Positions 1-11,200 of a DNA stretch of 37,203 nt are shown here, piece by piece (within the stretch, counting starts at the first letter, position 1; each line of letters opens with the position of its first letter). A program made the translations under genes and the position numbers. The DNA comes from Bacteroidales bacterium (GTDB lineage Bacteria > Bacteroidota > Bacteroidia > Bacteroidales > UBA932): assembly GCA_051658505.1 (NCBI GenBank), contig JBOFMS010000002.1:1-37203 (forward strand), in the 5' to 3' direction. Below the pieces are notes generated by a model. The model saw nothing but the letters and a program-made list of their open reading frames with translations. It had not been told where the DNA came from and searched no databases.

Positions 1-2
1 CC

Positions 3-395
3 TATCTTTCAATAAAACTTACACAACCTAATACACTTCGAGTTTTTGCAAATGAAACTCTAGCTCCTTGGAGTTATTTTAGTAATGATCGTGTGGGAAC
101 AGATAAATATGGATTTAGTATACTCCCTAGTGGAGTAAGATATCAGGAGAAGGACGGGTTTGATGATGAACCCCCTATATCGGAAACATTTTATCTTTAC
201 AACAGAGGGCAAGCCGCTTTTTTTTGGACTTCTACTGCATTAACTGGTGCTCACGCATATGCGTCGGCGCCAAGTGCCCATGCAAAAGGCTTTATGTATA
301 ATATCTATAAAATTAAATCTTTTACATCTGCAATTGCCGCAATGGAATTAGATAAGAAAAGTGGACTTGCCGTTCGATGTATTAAAAGACCTTAG
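3..395 (+). CDS. C-terminal part of a Fibrobacter-succinogenes-major-paralogous (FISH, TIGR02145-like) domain protein; the 5' end lies outside the window
   Basis: The frame of the 93..395 ORF stays open back to base 3 (hand translation YLSIKLTQPNTLRVFANETLAPWSYFSNDR...), so the GTG at 93 is probably internal. The tail shows the family pattern: GFSILPSGVRY, AAFFWTST, and a C-terminal K-SGLAVRCIK. Confidence 0.7.
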   Translation, partial: YLSIKLTQPNTLRVFANETLAPWSYFSNDRVGTDKYGFSILPSGVRYQEKDGFDDEPPISETFYLYNRGQAAFFWTSTALTGAHAYASAPSAHAKGFMYNIYKIKSFTSAIAAMELDKKSGLAVRCIKRP

Positions 396-426
396 TTTTA
401 TATTTTATTTTTCAATAAAAATAATG

Positions 427-460
427 CCAGCGATCAACTTAATGTTTTTCGCTGGTTTTA
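427..460 (+). terminator. Possible intrinsic terminator after the FISH-domain gene
   Basis: CCAGCGA (427-433) pairs with TCGCTGG (449-455), followed by TTTTA. The loop is long (15 nt), so this call is weak. Confidence 0.4.
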
Positions 461-479
461 TCATAAAATATATACATTT

Positions 480-1253
480 ATGAAATATCACCTATACTGT
501 ATAGGTTTATTGTTATTTGCAACTTTACTTTCAAATTGTGCTTTTTTGGAAGGGAGAATTCCTGAGAAAAAATTAGTAAGGATACTTTCCTCTATACATC
601 TTGCTGATGCTGTACTCGAAAAAGAAGGCTTATTACATTCTATAGCAATAGATTCTGCGGGGGTATACCTTCCCATACTGCGATCGTACAATTATACTTT
701 TGACCAACTACAAGTGAGTCTTCAATATTATACAACTCACCCCGAAGCAGCGAATCGCTTATATGGAAAGGTGATTAAAAATTTAGAAAAACAGCAAAAG
801 CAGTATGCTAAGGAATATGAAGCATTATTACAGAGGCAAAATCGATGGTTGACGGCCTCAGAATTTAGAATCCCTGAAGACACACCGTCACAAGCATTTA
901 TTATGCCGATTATTGATAGTGCAGGTATATATACGCTTACGTTTGACCTTAAAATTATGTCTACTTGTGATTTGGGGGTATTGCCACAAATAAGTTTACA
1001 ATTGATTGAAATCAATAGTGATAGTATATTGCATCAAACCAATAAAAAGATTGCTTGTGACACGATTGAACATAATTACTCCTTAAGCATTACAAATTTT
1101 GACACACTTGCAAATCATATTCGTATTTATTTTCTTAATGACGTTGATAGCCCAGTGTATAAATTACCTGAGGGAAAGGTGAGAAACATACGACTGCATT
1201 ATACTCCTCCCCAAAAGCAAGTTTTACCCAAAACATCATTTCGTCTCCCTTAA
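480..1253 (+). CDS. Hypothetical lipoprotein (N-terminus resembles DUF4296)
   Basis: 257-aa ORF with a signal peptide ending in a lipobox-like LLSNC. The segment KKLVRILSSIHLADAVLEKEG resembles the DUF4296 signature as I recall it. The C-terminal two thirds are not recognisable. Confidence 0.6.
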   Translation: MKYHLYCIGLLLFATLLSNCAFLEGRIPEKKLVRILSSIHLADAVLEKEGLLHSIAIDSAGVYLPILRSYNYTFDQLQVSLQYYTTHPEAANRLYGKVIKNLEKQQKQYAKEYEALLQRQNRWLTASEFRIPEDTPSQAFIMPIIDSAGIYTLTFDLKIMSTCDLGVLPQISLQLIEINSDSILHQTNKKIACDTIEHNYSLSITNFDTLANHIRIYFLNDVDSPVYKLPEGKVRNIRLHYTPPQKQVLPKTSFRLP

Positions 1254-1283
1254 AAGGCATACTTAGTTATTGCACATGTATAT

Positions 1284-2450
1284 ATGAGAAAACTCTCTGC
1301 GCATTATATTTTCCCTATCGATGCTCCACCTATACAGAATGGTGTTATTACGCTGAATGATGCTGGGGTAGTCGTCGAGCTGTCACAAATGCAAGGAGAA
1401 GAAGAAGGAGTTGAATTTTATAATGGAATACTCGTGCCAGGCTTTGTGAATGCACACTGTCACCTTGAATTGTCAAACTATAAAGGGGCTACACCAAAAG
1501 GAATTGGACTCGCAAACTTTTTAACAAAAGCAGGGAGTCTTAATCGTAATGTAGAAAAACAACATGTGCAACAATCAATGTTATTGGCTGATGCCCAAAT
1601 GTACCAAAGTGGCACTGTGGCTGTGGGTGATATTAGCAATAGTACCACAAGTTTTGAGATAAAAAAAAATAGTGCGATTTATTACCATACCTTTGTTGAA
1701 CCAGTAAGGCTCTGGAAAAAAGAAGCGAATAAGTACTTTGCTCTCTCTCAGCAGGTATTATCCGATGCACAAGCAATGGGTTTATCAGCATCGCTTTGTG
1801 CTCATGCTTTATATTCTACACTTAGCGATTGGTTGAAAAGGATTGCTCAAAGTAGTCAATTATTTAGTTTGCACTTTCTTGAAAGTGAAGACGAACATTT
1901 ATTTTTTGACCGTAAAGGTGGCATTTACAATCTATTTCATAGTCTGCAAAGTACAGTAATTGATAAAATAAACGCAAAAGAGGCATGGCAATATTTAGAG
2001 ATTGCCATGCCTTATCTTTGTAAACTCTTATTAGTTCACAATACTTTTGTTTCTCCTACTGATGTTGATTTCATCAATCAGTACGCTACAGATACTTGCT
2101 GGGTGCTTTGCCCTCGCTCTAACTTATATATTGAAGGAAAATTACCTCCCATTGAAATGTTGCGAGTAAAAGGTGTGCAAATTGCATTGGGTACGGATAG
2201 CCTCATGTCGAATGACAATCTACTTATAATTGATGAACTAAAGGCGGTGGCGGCGCATTTTGCACACATCTCTTTAAACGAAATGCTATGTTGGGCAACT
2301 CTTAACGGTGCAAAAGCCTTAAATATGGATAATGAACTAGGATCATTTACTATAGGAAAAAAGCCACAAGTGGTGCAATTATCACACGTTAATCTACAAA
2401 ACATGCAATTAACGGAAAATAGCACCTCTCGATTAATTACAAAAAAATGA
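1284..2450 (+). CDS. Amidohydrolase-superfamily metal-dependent hydrolase (chlorohydrolase/deaminase-like)
   Basis: 388 aa. It has the GFVNAHCHLELS His-x-His metal motif near the N-terminus and LGTDSL (metal-binding Asp) near the C-terminus. Substrate cannot be assigned. Confidence 0.75.
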   Translation: MRKLSAHYIFPIDAPPIQNGVITLNDAGVVVELSQMQGEEEGVEFYNGILVPGFVNAHCHLELSNYKGATPKGIGLANFLTKAGSLNRNVEKQHVQQSMLLADAQMYQSGTVAVGDISNSTTSFEIKKNSAIYYHTFVEPVRLWKKEANKYFALSQQVLSDAQAMGLSASLCAHALYSTLSDWLKRIAQSSQLFSLHFLESEDEHLFFDRKGGIYNLFHSLQSTVIDKINAKEAWQYLEIAMPYLCKLLLVHNTFVSPTDVDFINQYATDTCWVLCPRSNLYIEGKLPPIEMLRVKGVQIALGTDSLMSNDNLLIIDELKAVAAHFAHISLNEMLCWATLNGAKALNMDNELGSFTIGKKPQVVQLSHVNLQNMQLTENSTSRLITKK

Positions 2451-2488
2451 TTAGATTTGCCTAGCATTTATCAATCTGTTTCAAGTAT

Positions 2489-3109
2489 ATGATACTTTCC
2501 TTAATTTTATTCTCTGCGTGCGCATATCTTTTGGGGGCTATTCCAAGCGCAGTGTGGATTGGTCGTTCGTTTTACAAAATAGATGTACGAGATCATGGTA
2601 GTGGCAATGCTGGCACTACAAATGTACTGAGGGTGTTGGGTCCAAAGGCAGCAGTGCCAGTATTTGCAATTGATATTACTAAAGGTGCAATTGCGGTATT
2701 GTTGGGGCACTTTATTCCAGACTTGCAGAGTTCACCTGAGCAATTAGCATTAGCAAAAATTATATTTGGAACCCTATCTATCGTTGGACACATGTACCCT
2801 GTATTTGCGGATTTTCGTGGAGGAAAAGGAGTGGCAACTATGCTTGGCGTGGCACTTGCGATTGCCCCATATAGTGCACTTGTAGCGATACTTGTATTTA
2901 GCCTTGTGTTTGCCATAACTCGTTATGTTTCATTGGGATCTATGTTGGCTGGATTATCATTTCCAATAACAACAATTTTTGTATTACACGAGCCAACTAT
3001 CTCCCTGCAAATATTTGCGCTTGTGGCATGCTTATTGCTTATTTACACACATCGGAAAAATATACAACGACTCTATAATGGAATAGAGCCAAAAACGAAA
3101 TTCAAGTAA
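2489..3109 (+). CDS. plsY: Glycerol-3-phosphate acyltransferase PlsY
   Basis: 206-aa polytopic membrane protein with the PlsY signatures GSGNAGTTNVLRVLG and FRGGKGVAT. Confidence 0.9.
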   Translation: MILSLILFSACAYLLGAIPSAVWIGRSFYKIDVRDHGSGNAGTTNVLRVLGPKAAVPVFAIDITKGAIAVLLGHFIPDLQSSPEQLALAKIIFGTLSIVGHMYPVFADFRGGKGVATMLGVALAIAPYSALVAILVFSLVFAITRYVSLGSMLAGLSFPITTIFVLHEPTISLQIFALVACLLLIYTHRKNIQRLYNGIEPKTKFK

Positions 3110-3122
3110 AAGAATTTACCTA

Positions 3123-4112
3123 ATGAAGAGTAAATTCCTTTTGCTTATATTCTGTGGGACAATTATTTCCACTTTTTTCGCTTGTAAAAATGGCAAAAAA
3201 AACAAGACTTTACTGCCAGGGGTAACAGGAAAGTCTGGCGAAATCATTGTTGTAATAGACAAATCTTTGCAAGAATCTGTATTGGGTAAAACATTAAGAG
3301 AGATACTGCTTTCGGAATACCCTATGTTACCTCAGCCTGAACCGATGTTCTCTCCGTCGTTTATTCCTTATCACGCTTTTTCAAAGTTATTTGAAGTACA
3401 CCGCAATATTATTTTTGTAAAAACTTCTCCTGAGCATACGAAAATGCTACGAGAGCAAGACTTGTGGGCATCTCCACAAACAGTACTGACAATAGTTGGA
3501 AAGTCGTCAGATAGCATTGCCAATTATGTGCTGCAACATAAACAAAAATTGCTACACACTTTTGAGAATGCAGAATTGCAGCGAAATTTGACCAATATAA
3601 AACGTTATGAAAACATGAATTTACGCAAGTTAGTTCGTGATAAATTTGATGTAGAACTTTATTTTCCAAATGGCTATAAGATTGCACGAAAAGCACAAGA
3701 TTTTTTGTGGATTTCGTATGAAACTGAAAAAACAAGTCAAGGTATTTTCATTTACCGTTATTCCTTTACACATAAGACATTGCCTAAACCAGAAACGATT
3801 ATACGACTTCGAAATGAATTCCTGAAACAGTATGTTCCTGGCACACTCAAAAATACCTATATGACTACGGTGCATGATATACTCCCAACAACATCTCTCC
3901 ACAAAATAGGGAGTACTCCTATTTTACAATTGCGTAGTTTATGGGATGTAGAAGGAGATTTTATGGGGGGTCCTTTTGTTAGTTACACCTTACTTGATAC
4001 CGTAAAGCAAGAATGCTTAGTCCTTGAGGCATACGTGTACGCTCCTAATGCCGAAAAACGCACGTTGATGAGACAAACCGATGCCGTACTCAAAACTTTA
4101 GACTTGAAATAA
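3123..4112 (+). CDS. Hypothetical lipoprotein (possibly DUF4837 family)
   Basis: 329 aa with a signal peptide and lipobox (STFFAC). The size and the GEIIVVID segment fit my memory of DUF4837, but this is unverified. Confidence 0.6.
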   Translation: MKSKFLLLIFCGTIISTFFACKNGKKNKTLLPGVTGKSGEIIVVIDKSLQESVLGKTLREILLSEYPMLPQPEPMFSPSFIPYHAFSKLFEVHRNIIFVKTSPEHTKMLREQDLWASPQTVLTIVGKSSDSIANYVLQHKQKLLHTFENAELQRNLTNIKRYENMNLRKLVRDKFDVELYFPNGYKIARKAQDFLWISYETEKTSQGIFIYRYSFTHKTLPKPETIIRLRNEFLKQYVPGTLKNTYMTTVHDILPTTSLHKIGSTPILQLRSLWDVEGDFMGGPFVSYTLLDTVKQECLVLEAYVYAPNAEKRTLMRQTDAVLKTLDLK

Positions 4113-4169
4113 GGATTTGCTGCTTGTTGTACAAACCAACTTGCATACCAAAAGGTGAAACTTTATACC

Positions 4170-4177
4170 TATCTTTG
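4170..4177 (+). promoter_or_regulatory. Bacteroidota sigma-A -7 box (TAnnTTTG) upstream of era
   Basis: TATCTTTG lies 36 nt before the ATG at 4213 and follows a 100-nt intergenic gap. Confidence 0.5.
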
Positions 4178-4212
4178 CAACTTTCTTGCACGAATTTATT
4201 TTTGTTAGCACA

Positions 4213-5094
4213 ATGCACAAATCAGGCTTTGTAAATATAGTGGGCAACCCTAATGTGGGTAAAAGTACCTTAATGAACGCTTTGGTAGGTGAACGCTTGA
4301 GTATTATTACAAGTAAGGCACAAACAACACGTCATCGCATTATGGGGATTGTAAGTGGTGAGAATTTTCAAATTGTATACTCAGACACTCCTGGTATTCT
4401 GGCACCTCGTTACAAAATGCAAGAGGCCATGATGAAATTTGTAGGCAGTGCATTTGTTGATGCAGACATTATTTTGTACGTTACTGATGTAATTGAACAA
4501 GCAGATAAACACATCAATTATATAGAGCGACTTAACCAAATAAATATGCCTGTAGTAATTGTAGTTAATAAGATTGACCTTACTACGCCCGAAAAACTGG
4601 AGCAAATTGTAGAATCGTGGCATGAGCGAGTTCCAAAGGCACGAATCTTTCCCACATCGGCACTTGAAAAGTTTAATCTTGACGAACTCTTCAAAACTCT
4701 ATTGGCATTATTGCCCCAAGGTGAGGCATATTATGATAAAGACACCTTTACGGATAAAAACCTGCGTTTTTTTGCATCAGAGATTCTGCGTGAAAAGATT
4801 TTAACACATTACGACAAAGAGATTCCTTATAGTACTGAAGTAGTGATTGATGCCTTTAAGGAGGAGAAAGATATGTACCGTATTTCTGCCATTATCAACG
4901 TCGCACGAGAATCACAGAAGGCCATCATTATAGGGCATCAAGGGAATATGCTAAAAAAAATAGGAACGGCAGCACGTAAGGATATGGAGGCCTTTTTTGA
5001 GAAAAAAGTATTTATCCAAACTTTTGTGAAAGTAAGTGCAGATTGGCGCGACAATGAGCATAACTTACGCAAATTTGGATATATTTTAGATTAA
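4213..5094 (+). CDS. era: GTPase Era
   Basis: G1 GNPNVGKST, G3 DTPG, G4 NKID, and a C-terminal KH domain. I prefer the ATG at 4213 (293 aa) over the TTG at 4186 because the P-loop should sit close to the N-terminus. Confidence 0.93.
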   Translation: MHKSGFVNIVGNPNVGKSTLMNALVGERLSIITSKAQTTRHRIMGIVSGENFQIVYSDTPGILAPRYKMQEAMMKFVGSAFVDADIILYVTDVIEQADKHINYIERLNQINMPVVIVVNKIDLTTPEKLEQIVESWHERVPKARIFPTSALEKFNLDELFKTLLALLPQGEAYYDKDTFTDKNLRFFASEILREKILTHYDKEIPYSTEVVIDAFKEEKDMYRISAIINVARESQKAIIIGHQGNMLKKIGTAARKDMEAFFEKKVFIQTFVKVSADWRDNEHNLRKFGYILD

Positions 5095-5121
5095 TTATTA
5101 AGCATAATAATACCATCAATT

Positions 5122-6423
5122 ATGGGAATAGTAGCTATCGTAGGTCGGCCCAATGTGGGAAAAAGCACCTTATTCAACCGCTTGGTAAGCGCACGTCAAG
5201 CCATTGTTGATGAGCAGTCAGGTGTTACCCGTGATAGACACTACGGAAAGAGTGATTGGAATGGGAAAGTATTCTCGGTAGTAGATACAGGCGGCTACGC
5301 TGTTAACTCTGACGACGTATTTGAAGATGCTATTCGCCGACAAGTATTGCTTGCTATTGAAGAGGCTGATGTAGTCCTCTTTATGGTTGATGTTACCAGC
5401 GGAATTACAAATTATGATGATGCTGTCGCCAGTATTTTACGCCGCTCCGACAAAACAGTTTTACTTGTGGTAAACAAAGTTGATAACCATAATCGGATTT
5501 ATGATTCACACGAGTTTTACAAATTTGGCTTGGGCGACCCTTATTGTGTGAGTGCAATGAGTGGTAGTGGAACAGGTGAAATCTTAGATGATGTGGTAAA
5601 ACATTTACCCGATAATTTTGCCGAGGAGGAACTTGAAATACCTCGCATATCTATTGTAGGAAAACCTAATGTAGGAAAGTCATCTCTTACAAATGCCCTG
5701 TTGGGTGAAGAGCGAAATATTGTTACGCCCATTGCAGGCACTACTCGTGATGCAGTTTTATCTCGGTATAATAAATTTGGGCATGACTTCTTTTTGGTAG
5801 ATACAGCAGGTTTGCGTAAAAAGGGAAAAACAATGGGCAATCTTGAATTTTACTCTGTAATGCGCACCATTCGCTCTATTGAAAACTCTGATGTGTGCTT
5901 GCTTATGCTTGATGCGACTTTAGGAATTGAGGCACAGGATTTAAGTATATTTAGTTTGATTGTTCGCAATAATAAGGGCTGCGTAGTAATCGTAAATAAG
6001 TGGGATTTAGTAGAAAAAGACAATAACACACTAAATCAATATAAAAAATCCATTGAAAATCGTCTTGCTCCTTTCAAAGATGTGCCTATTATTTTCACCT
6101 CTATACCAGAGAAACAAAGGATTATGGATGTGATTACATCTTTAGTTAAAGTGCATCAAAATCGCAAAAAGAAAATTACCACCTCAAAACTTAATGATAT
6201 AATGCTGCCTATAATAGCAGCCTACCCACCTCCTGCAAATAAAGGAAAATATATAAAAATTAAATACATAACCCAATTATCAACCCCCTCGCCAGCATTT
6301 GCGTTTTTCTGCAATCTCCCCCAATATGTTAAAGAACCCTACAAACGGTTTTTGGAAAACAAATTGCGTGAAAATTTTGATTTTAATGGCGTTCCTGTTA
6401 ATGTATTTATTCGTCAGAAATAG
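5122..6423 (+). CDS. der: Ribosome-associated GTPase Der (EngA)
   Basis: Two tandem GTPase domains (GRPNVGKST...NKVD and GKPNVGKSS...NKWD) plus a KH-like C-terminus; 433 aa. Confidence 0.95.
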   Translation: MGIVAIVGRPNVGKSTLFNRLVSARQAIVDEQSGVTRDRHYGKSDWNGKVFSVVDTGGYAVNSDDVFEDAIRRQVLLAIEEADVVLFMVDVTSGITNYDDAVASILRRSDKTVLLVVNKVDNHNRIYDSHEFYKFGLGDPYCVSAMSGSGTGEILDDVVKHLPDNFAEEELEIPRISIVGKPNVGKSSLTNALLGEERNIVTPIAGTTRDAVLSRYNKFGHDFFLVDTAGLRKKGKTMGNLEFYSVMRTIRSIENSDVCLLMLDATLGIEAQDLSIFSLIVRNNKGCVVIVNKWDLVEKDNNTLNQYKKSIENRLAPFKDVPIIFTSIPEKQRIMDVITSLVKVHQNRKKKITTSKLNDIMLPIIAAYPPPANKGKYIKIKYITQLSTPSPAFAFFCNLPQYVKEPYKRFLENKLRENFDFNGVPVNVFIRQK

Positions 6424-6478
6424 CCATTTTTGTAACTTTGTCATCCTTAATTTTATCATTTCTAAAAAATTAACTACT

Positions 6479-7447
6479 ATGCAGTTGAATCGTTACTTCT
6501 TTCTTTTTGCTCTTGTTTTTAGTTCGATGCTTGCCCACACACAAGGAAATCCTGATAAAATGCGTGCTAATCTTGAAGCACGTAAAGTTAGGGCTTTACA
6601 AGCCCTAGAAAAAGCTGAAATAGAATATCGTATTGCAGATAGTTTACGTTTAATGGGAAGACGTGGCGATAGAGATGCAGACCTTGCTGAAGACGAAATC
6701 CTTAGAAGACAAGCCGCTTTAGAAAAGCGAGTATTTGGAGAGCAATTGCCGGAAATTGAAAAACGTGAAAAGTCTGACGATTTCAAAGTGCAAAAACAGG
6801 CTATAGAGGACAAAAATAAACTTCGAGCAGAATATAATATAGAATTACGAAAACTACAAGAGGAGCACACTGCACTTTTGAGGAAATGGGGGCAAAGTGA
6901 TAAAGAAATACAGCGTGGACAAGATAAAATTGACCTTGCTAAAAAATCACTTAGTGAAGCAAAAAAAACACTTGCCAGTATAAACAATGAATTAGAAACT
7001 CTTGATAAGGTCGCACAACAACAAAAAGCTAAACAAGAACGAGAAGTCTTTGAAAAACAACAAGCAAAAGAGCAATTAGAACAAGCGAAAGCTAAGGAGA
7101 AAGAACGTCAGCAAGCAGATCGTGCAAAACAAGCACAACAACGTGAGACAGATAAGGTAAAAACGCAATTAGAAAGAGAAAAGCAGACCGCAGTAAAAAA
7201 TAAAGAAAAGGAAAAACAGCAAGCATTACTAGCAAAAGATAAAGAAAAGCGTGATGCTGAAAAAGCAAAGCAAATGGCAGCACGTGAAAAGCAAGCCGAA
7301 TTAAAAAATAAGGAAAAAGCAAAACGTGAAGCAGAACGTGAGGCCATGCTAAAACAACGTGAGGCGGATAAGGCTGAGCGTGCAAAAATAGCAGCTGAGA
7401 AAGCAAAAATGCAGGCCGAAAAGGCAAATAAAAATACAAAAAAATAA
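6479..7447 (+). CDS. Secreted or anchored, highly charged K/E/A/Q-rich coiled-coil protein (TolA-domain-II-like composition)
   Basis: The ATG at 6479 gives MQLNRYFFLFALVFSSMLAHTQ, a signal or anchor sequence, followed by about 300 aa of low-complexity charged helix (KEKEKQQA, KNKEKAKREAE and similar). The ORF-track start at 6299 would overlap der by 125 nt. Confidence 0.7.
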   Translation: MQLNRYFFLFALVFSSMLAHTQGNPDKMRANLEARKVRALQALEKAEIEYRIADSLRLMGRRGDRDADLAEDEILRRQAALEKRVFGEQLPEIEKREKSDDFKVQKQAIEDKNKLRAEYNIELRKLQEEHTALLRKWGQSDKEIQRGQDKIDLAKKSLSEAKKTLASINNELETLDKVAQQQKAKQEREVFEKQQAKEQLEQAKAKEKERQQADRAKQAQQRETDKVKTQLEREKQTAVKNKEKEKQQALLAKDKEKRDAEKAKQMAAREKQAELKNKEKAKREAEREAMLKQREADKAERAKIAAEKAKMQAEKANKNTKK

Positions 7448-8196
7448 TGACTTCAATTGGCATTATTCCTGCTCGTTATGCCTCCACTCGATTTCCAGGT
7501 AAGCCTCTTGCTAAACTTGGCGAAAAAACAGTAATACAACGTGTGTATGAGCAAGTTCTTAAAGCTCTTAAATACTGCTATGTTGCTACTGATGATCAAC
7601 GTATTGAAGAAGCAGTTCTATCCTTTGGAGGCAATGTGATTTTGACAGCCAACAATCACCAAAGTGGAACAGATAGATGCGCAGAAGCACTGACCAGAAT
7701 AGAACAAATATTACATCAAAGAATTGATGTGGCACTTAATATTCAAGGCGATGAGCCATTTATTATTCCACAACAACTTCAACAATTGCAAGAATGCTTT
7801 ACGCAGCCAGAAGTACAAATTGCAACCCTTGTAAAACGCTTTGGCAAAGACGAAGACATTTTATCTTCCAATACTCCAAAAGTAGTGTTCGATAAAAACA
7901 ATTACGCCCTCTATTTCAGCCGCTCGGTTATACCCTTTATTCGTAACAAAGAGCAAGAATTGTGGCCATCAACACACACGTTTTATAAACACATTGGACT
8001 GTATGCTTATCGGCCTGAAGTGCTACAAGCCATCACTAAATTACCCCAAAGTAGTCTTGAATTAGCAGAATCGTTAGAGCAATTAAGATGGTTAGAGAGT
8101 GGCTATCGTATTAAGGTTGCAATAACCGAGCACGAAACTTGGGCAATAGATACGCCTAAGGACTTGCAAAATGTGCAGAAGCACTTTGGACTATAA
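7447..8196 (+). CDS. kdsB: 3-deoxy-manno-octulosonate cytidylyltransferase (CMP-Kdo synthetase)
   Basis: IIPARYASTRFPGKPL at the N-terminus and IQGDEP motif; 249 aa. The ATG shares one base with the upstream stop codon (TAATG). Confidence 0.92.
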   Translation: MTSIGIIPARYASTRFPGKPLAKLGEKTVIQRVYEQVLKALKYCYVATDDQRIEEAVLSFGGNVILTANNHQSGTDRCAEALTRIEQILHQRIDVALNIQGDEPFIIPQQLQQLQECFTQPEVQIATLVKRFGKDEDILSSNTPKVVFDKNNYALYFSRSVIPFIRNKEQELWPSTHTFYKHIGLYAYRPEVLQAITKLPQSSLELAESLEQLRWLESGYRIKVAITEHETWAIDTPKDLQNVQKHFGL

Positions 8197-8228
8197 TATT
8201 TTGCCCTTGCATTCGCCTAAATAATCGA

Positions 8229-8236
8229 TACCTTTG
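8229..8236 (+). promoter_or_regulatory. -7 box (TAnnTTTG) upstream of mfd
   Basis: TACCTTTG lies 20 nt before the ATG at 8257. Confidence 0.45.
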
Positions 8237-8256
8237 CCCACTAAACTTTTAGAAGA

Positions 8257-11200
8257 ATGACGGTAGAAAACCTTATCAACCGATTTGCAAAGCAAGTCGG
8301 TTTTCAGCGTTTATATACAGCACTTAGCAAGCCAAGTACAAATCCCTTATTCGCGAAGCAGTTGTGTGGCTCAAGCAAGGCAATTTTGACCGCAGCAATG
8401 GCACAAAAGATAAATGGACTACATTGGATTGTATGTGACGAACAAGAAGAGGCTGCCTACTTTTACAATGATGTGTATAACCTTTGCAAAGGAAAGAATG
8501 TCTTATTTTTTCCAAGTAACTCAAAAAAACAAAAAGGCAATACCGAGGAAGATACTCCCAACACAATACAGCGTACAACTTGCTTGGCAAGAATTGTGGA
8601 ACTTACATCCGATGATACACTTTGTGTGATTAGTTATGCAGAGGCAATGATAGATAAAGTTGTGTCTAGTGAAACCTTAAAGAAAAACACCCTTACACTA
8701 CACGTTAATGAAAAAATTGACCGAGATTTTGTATTAGAAACCTTAACAGAATATGGGTTTGAGCGAGTTGATTTTGTATATGAGGCAGGACAATTTGCTA
8801 TGCGAGGGAGTATTCTAGACATTTTCTCTTTTGTTGATAAAAAGCCCTATCGCCTCGATTTTTTTGGAGATGAAATTGAGAGTATTCGCCGCTTTAATCT
8901 TAATTCTCAACTTTCAGATGATAAATGCACTGAGGTAGAAATTGTACCTAATCTTAGGCAACAACAAGAGAGCAACAAGCAAATCAACTTATTTGAGTTT
9001 TTGCAGCAAGGAGTATCCAAGTCTTATCTTTGGTTTAACAATTACAAGTTCAACTTACAGCAGTTTACTAAACTTTACAAGAGTGCTAATGATAATAGAC
9101 ACACTCTTATGGCGACTGATGAGGAAATACATACTGCCATCGCCAGTTTTTCGTGTGTAAGTTTTGGCAATATTGAAACAAAAAACACATTTACCTTTAA
9201 TACTGCCCCACAGCCAACCTTTAACAAAAACTTTAAACTGCTTGCAAACAACATAGAAGAATATCTATCCAAAGGCTTTGACAATTTACTGCTTACCGAT
9301 AGCCTACTGCAAGCCGAGCGTATGGCAGGAATATTAACCAATACTGTTGGAAAAATAAAAGGTTTTGAACAAGTTCCAATAGCATTGCACGAGGGTTTTG
9401 TAGATAATGTAAGTCAGATGACTTGCTACACCGACCATCAGATTTTTGCCCGTTATCACCGTTATCAACTACACGGTGCACCTGATAAAAGTGAACGACT
9501 TACCATTCAAGAACTCAACGCTCTCAAAGTGGGAGACTATGTAGTGCATATTGACCACGGTGTGGGTGTATTTGGGGGATTGGTTAAGCAAGATGTAAAC
9601 GGCAAACCTCATGAGTTTATCAAACTCACATATCGTGATGGCGATGTGTTATTTGTAAGCGTACACGGCTTGCACCGTATCTCACGTTACAAAAGTAAAG
9701 AAAGCGAACCTCCTAAGATTTACAAACTTGGTAATGGAGCTTGGCAAAAACTGAAAAATGCAAGCAAATGCAAAATAAAAGACATTGCCCGTGACTTAAT
9801 TGCGTTGTACGCCAAACGTAAGGAAAGTAAAGGCTTTGCCTTTGCGCCAGACAGTTATCTGCAAACTGAATTAGAAGCATCATTTATATACGAAGATACG
9901 CCCGACCAACTCAAAGCCACCATTGCGGTAAAGAATGACATGGAACGGGAAATGCCCATGGATAGACTCATTTGTGGAGATGTGGGCTTTGGAAAAACAG
10001 AGATTGCTATACGTGCAGCCTTCAAAGCAGTTGCCGACAGCAAGCAAGTGGCCGTACTTGTACCTACCACTATTTTGGCACTACAGCATCACAAAACATT
10101 TTGCAAGCGACTTCATAAACTCCCTTGTCGCATTGAGTACATTAGCCGCTTTAAGTCGCTGAGCGAAACCAAAAAAATACTTACCGATTTAGAGGCAGGA
10201 AAGATTGATATCATTGTAGGCACTCATAAACTATTAAGTAGTACCATAAAATTCAAAAACTTAGGTTTATTAATTGTTGATGAAGAGCAAAAGTTTGGGG
10301 TTTCGGCAAAGGAGAAATTACGACAATTGCGACTAAATATTGACACCCTCACACTTACAGCTACTCCTATTCCTCGCACCTTGCAGTTTTCACTTATGGG
10401 CGCAAGGGATTTATCCATTATTCAAACTCCACCTCCCAATAGGCAGCCGATTGCTACAGAAGTGCATCACTTTGACGAAGAACTTATTCGCAATGCCATT
10501 GAATTTGAGATTACACGAGGCGGACAAGTTTTTTTTGTACACAATCGCGTGCAAGATATTGCAGTTATTGAGACGACCATACGGCGCATTTGCCCCAATG
10601 TTACCACTGTGGTGGCGCACGGGCAAATGGAGGGTAATGAGATGGAAAAACGAGTGGTAGATTTTATTATGGGAGAGTATGACGTACTCATTGCCACAAG
10701 TATTATCGAAAACGGCATTGATATACCCAATGCCAACACGATTATCATTAACCAAGCCAATCATTTTGGATTAAGCGACCTACATCAACTACGTGGACGA
10801 GTTGGGCGAAGCAATCGCAAAGCCTTTTGCTACCTCATAGCCCCCGCACTTGATGCCCTTACACACGATGCTCGTCGAAGGCTACGTGCTTTGGAAGAAT
10901 TCTCTGACCTTGGTAGTGGTTTCAACATTGCGATGCAAGACCTTGACATTCGAGGAGCAGGAAATCTGTTGGGAGCAGAGCAAAGTGGTTTTATTGCCGA
11001 AATGGGCTTTGAAACCTATCAAAAGATACTGAATGAGGCAATGATGGAATTACGTGAAGAAAGTAAACTTACATCTACTGATGAGGTGCAAACGGAGGCC
11101 ACATCAACTAATGCATTTGGACTTACTCGCAGCACTCTTTTTGTGGCAGATTGCACGGTAGAAACCGATATGGAGATACTCTTACCTGATGAATATGTAA

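Noticed and set aside
3-395. Diversity-generating retroelement target (variable region at the C-terminus of the FISH-domain protein)
   Set aside because: There is no reverse transcriptase gene, and I could find no template-repeat copy of the 3' end of the gene anywhere in the window.
6299-6478. ORF-track 5' extension of the coiled-coil gene (start at 6299)
   Set aside because: It would overlap the last 125 nt of der in another frame. The ATG at 6479 yields a clean signal peptide.
6493-7463. Three long antisense ORFs (6493..6987, 7092..7463 and 7108..7347, minus strand) opposite the coiled-coil gene
   Set aside because: They are a by-product of the GAA/AAA/GCA/CAA-rich sense codons, whose complements lack stop codons. 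The translations are S/F/L/C-rich nonsense with no motifs.
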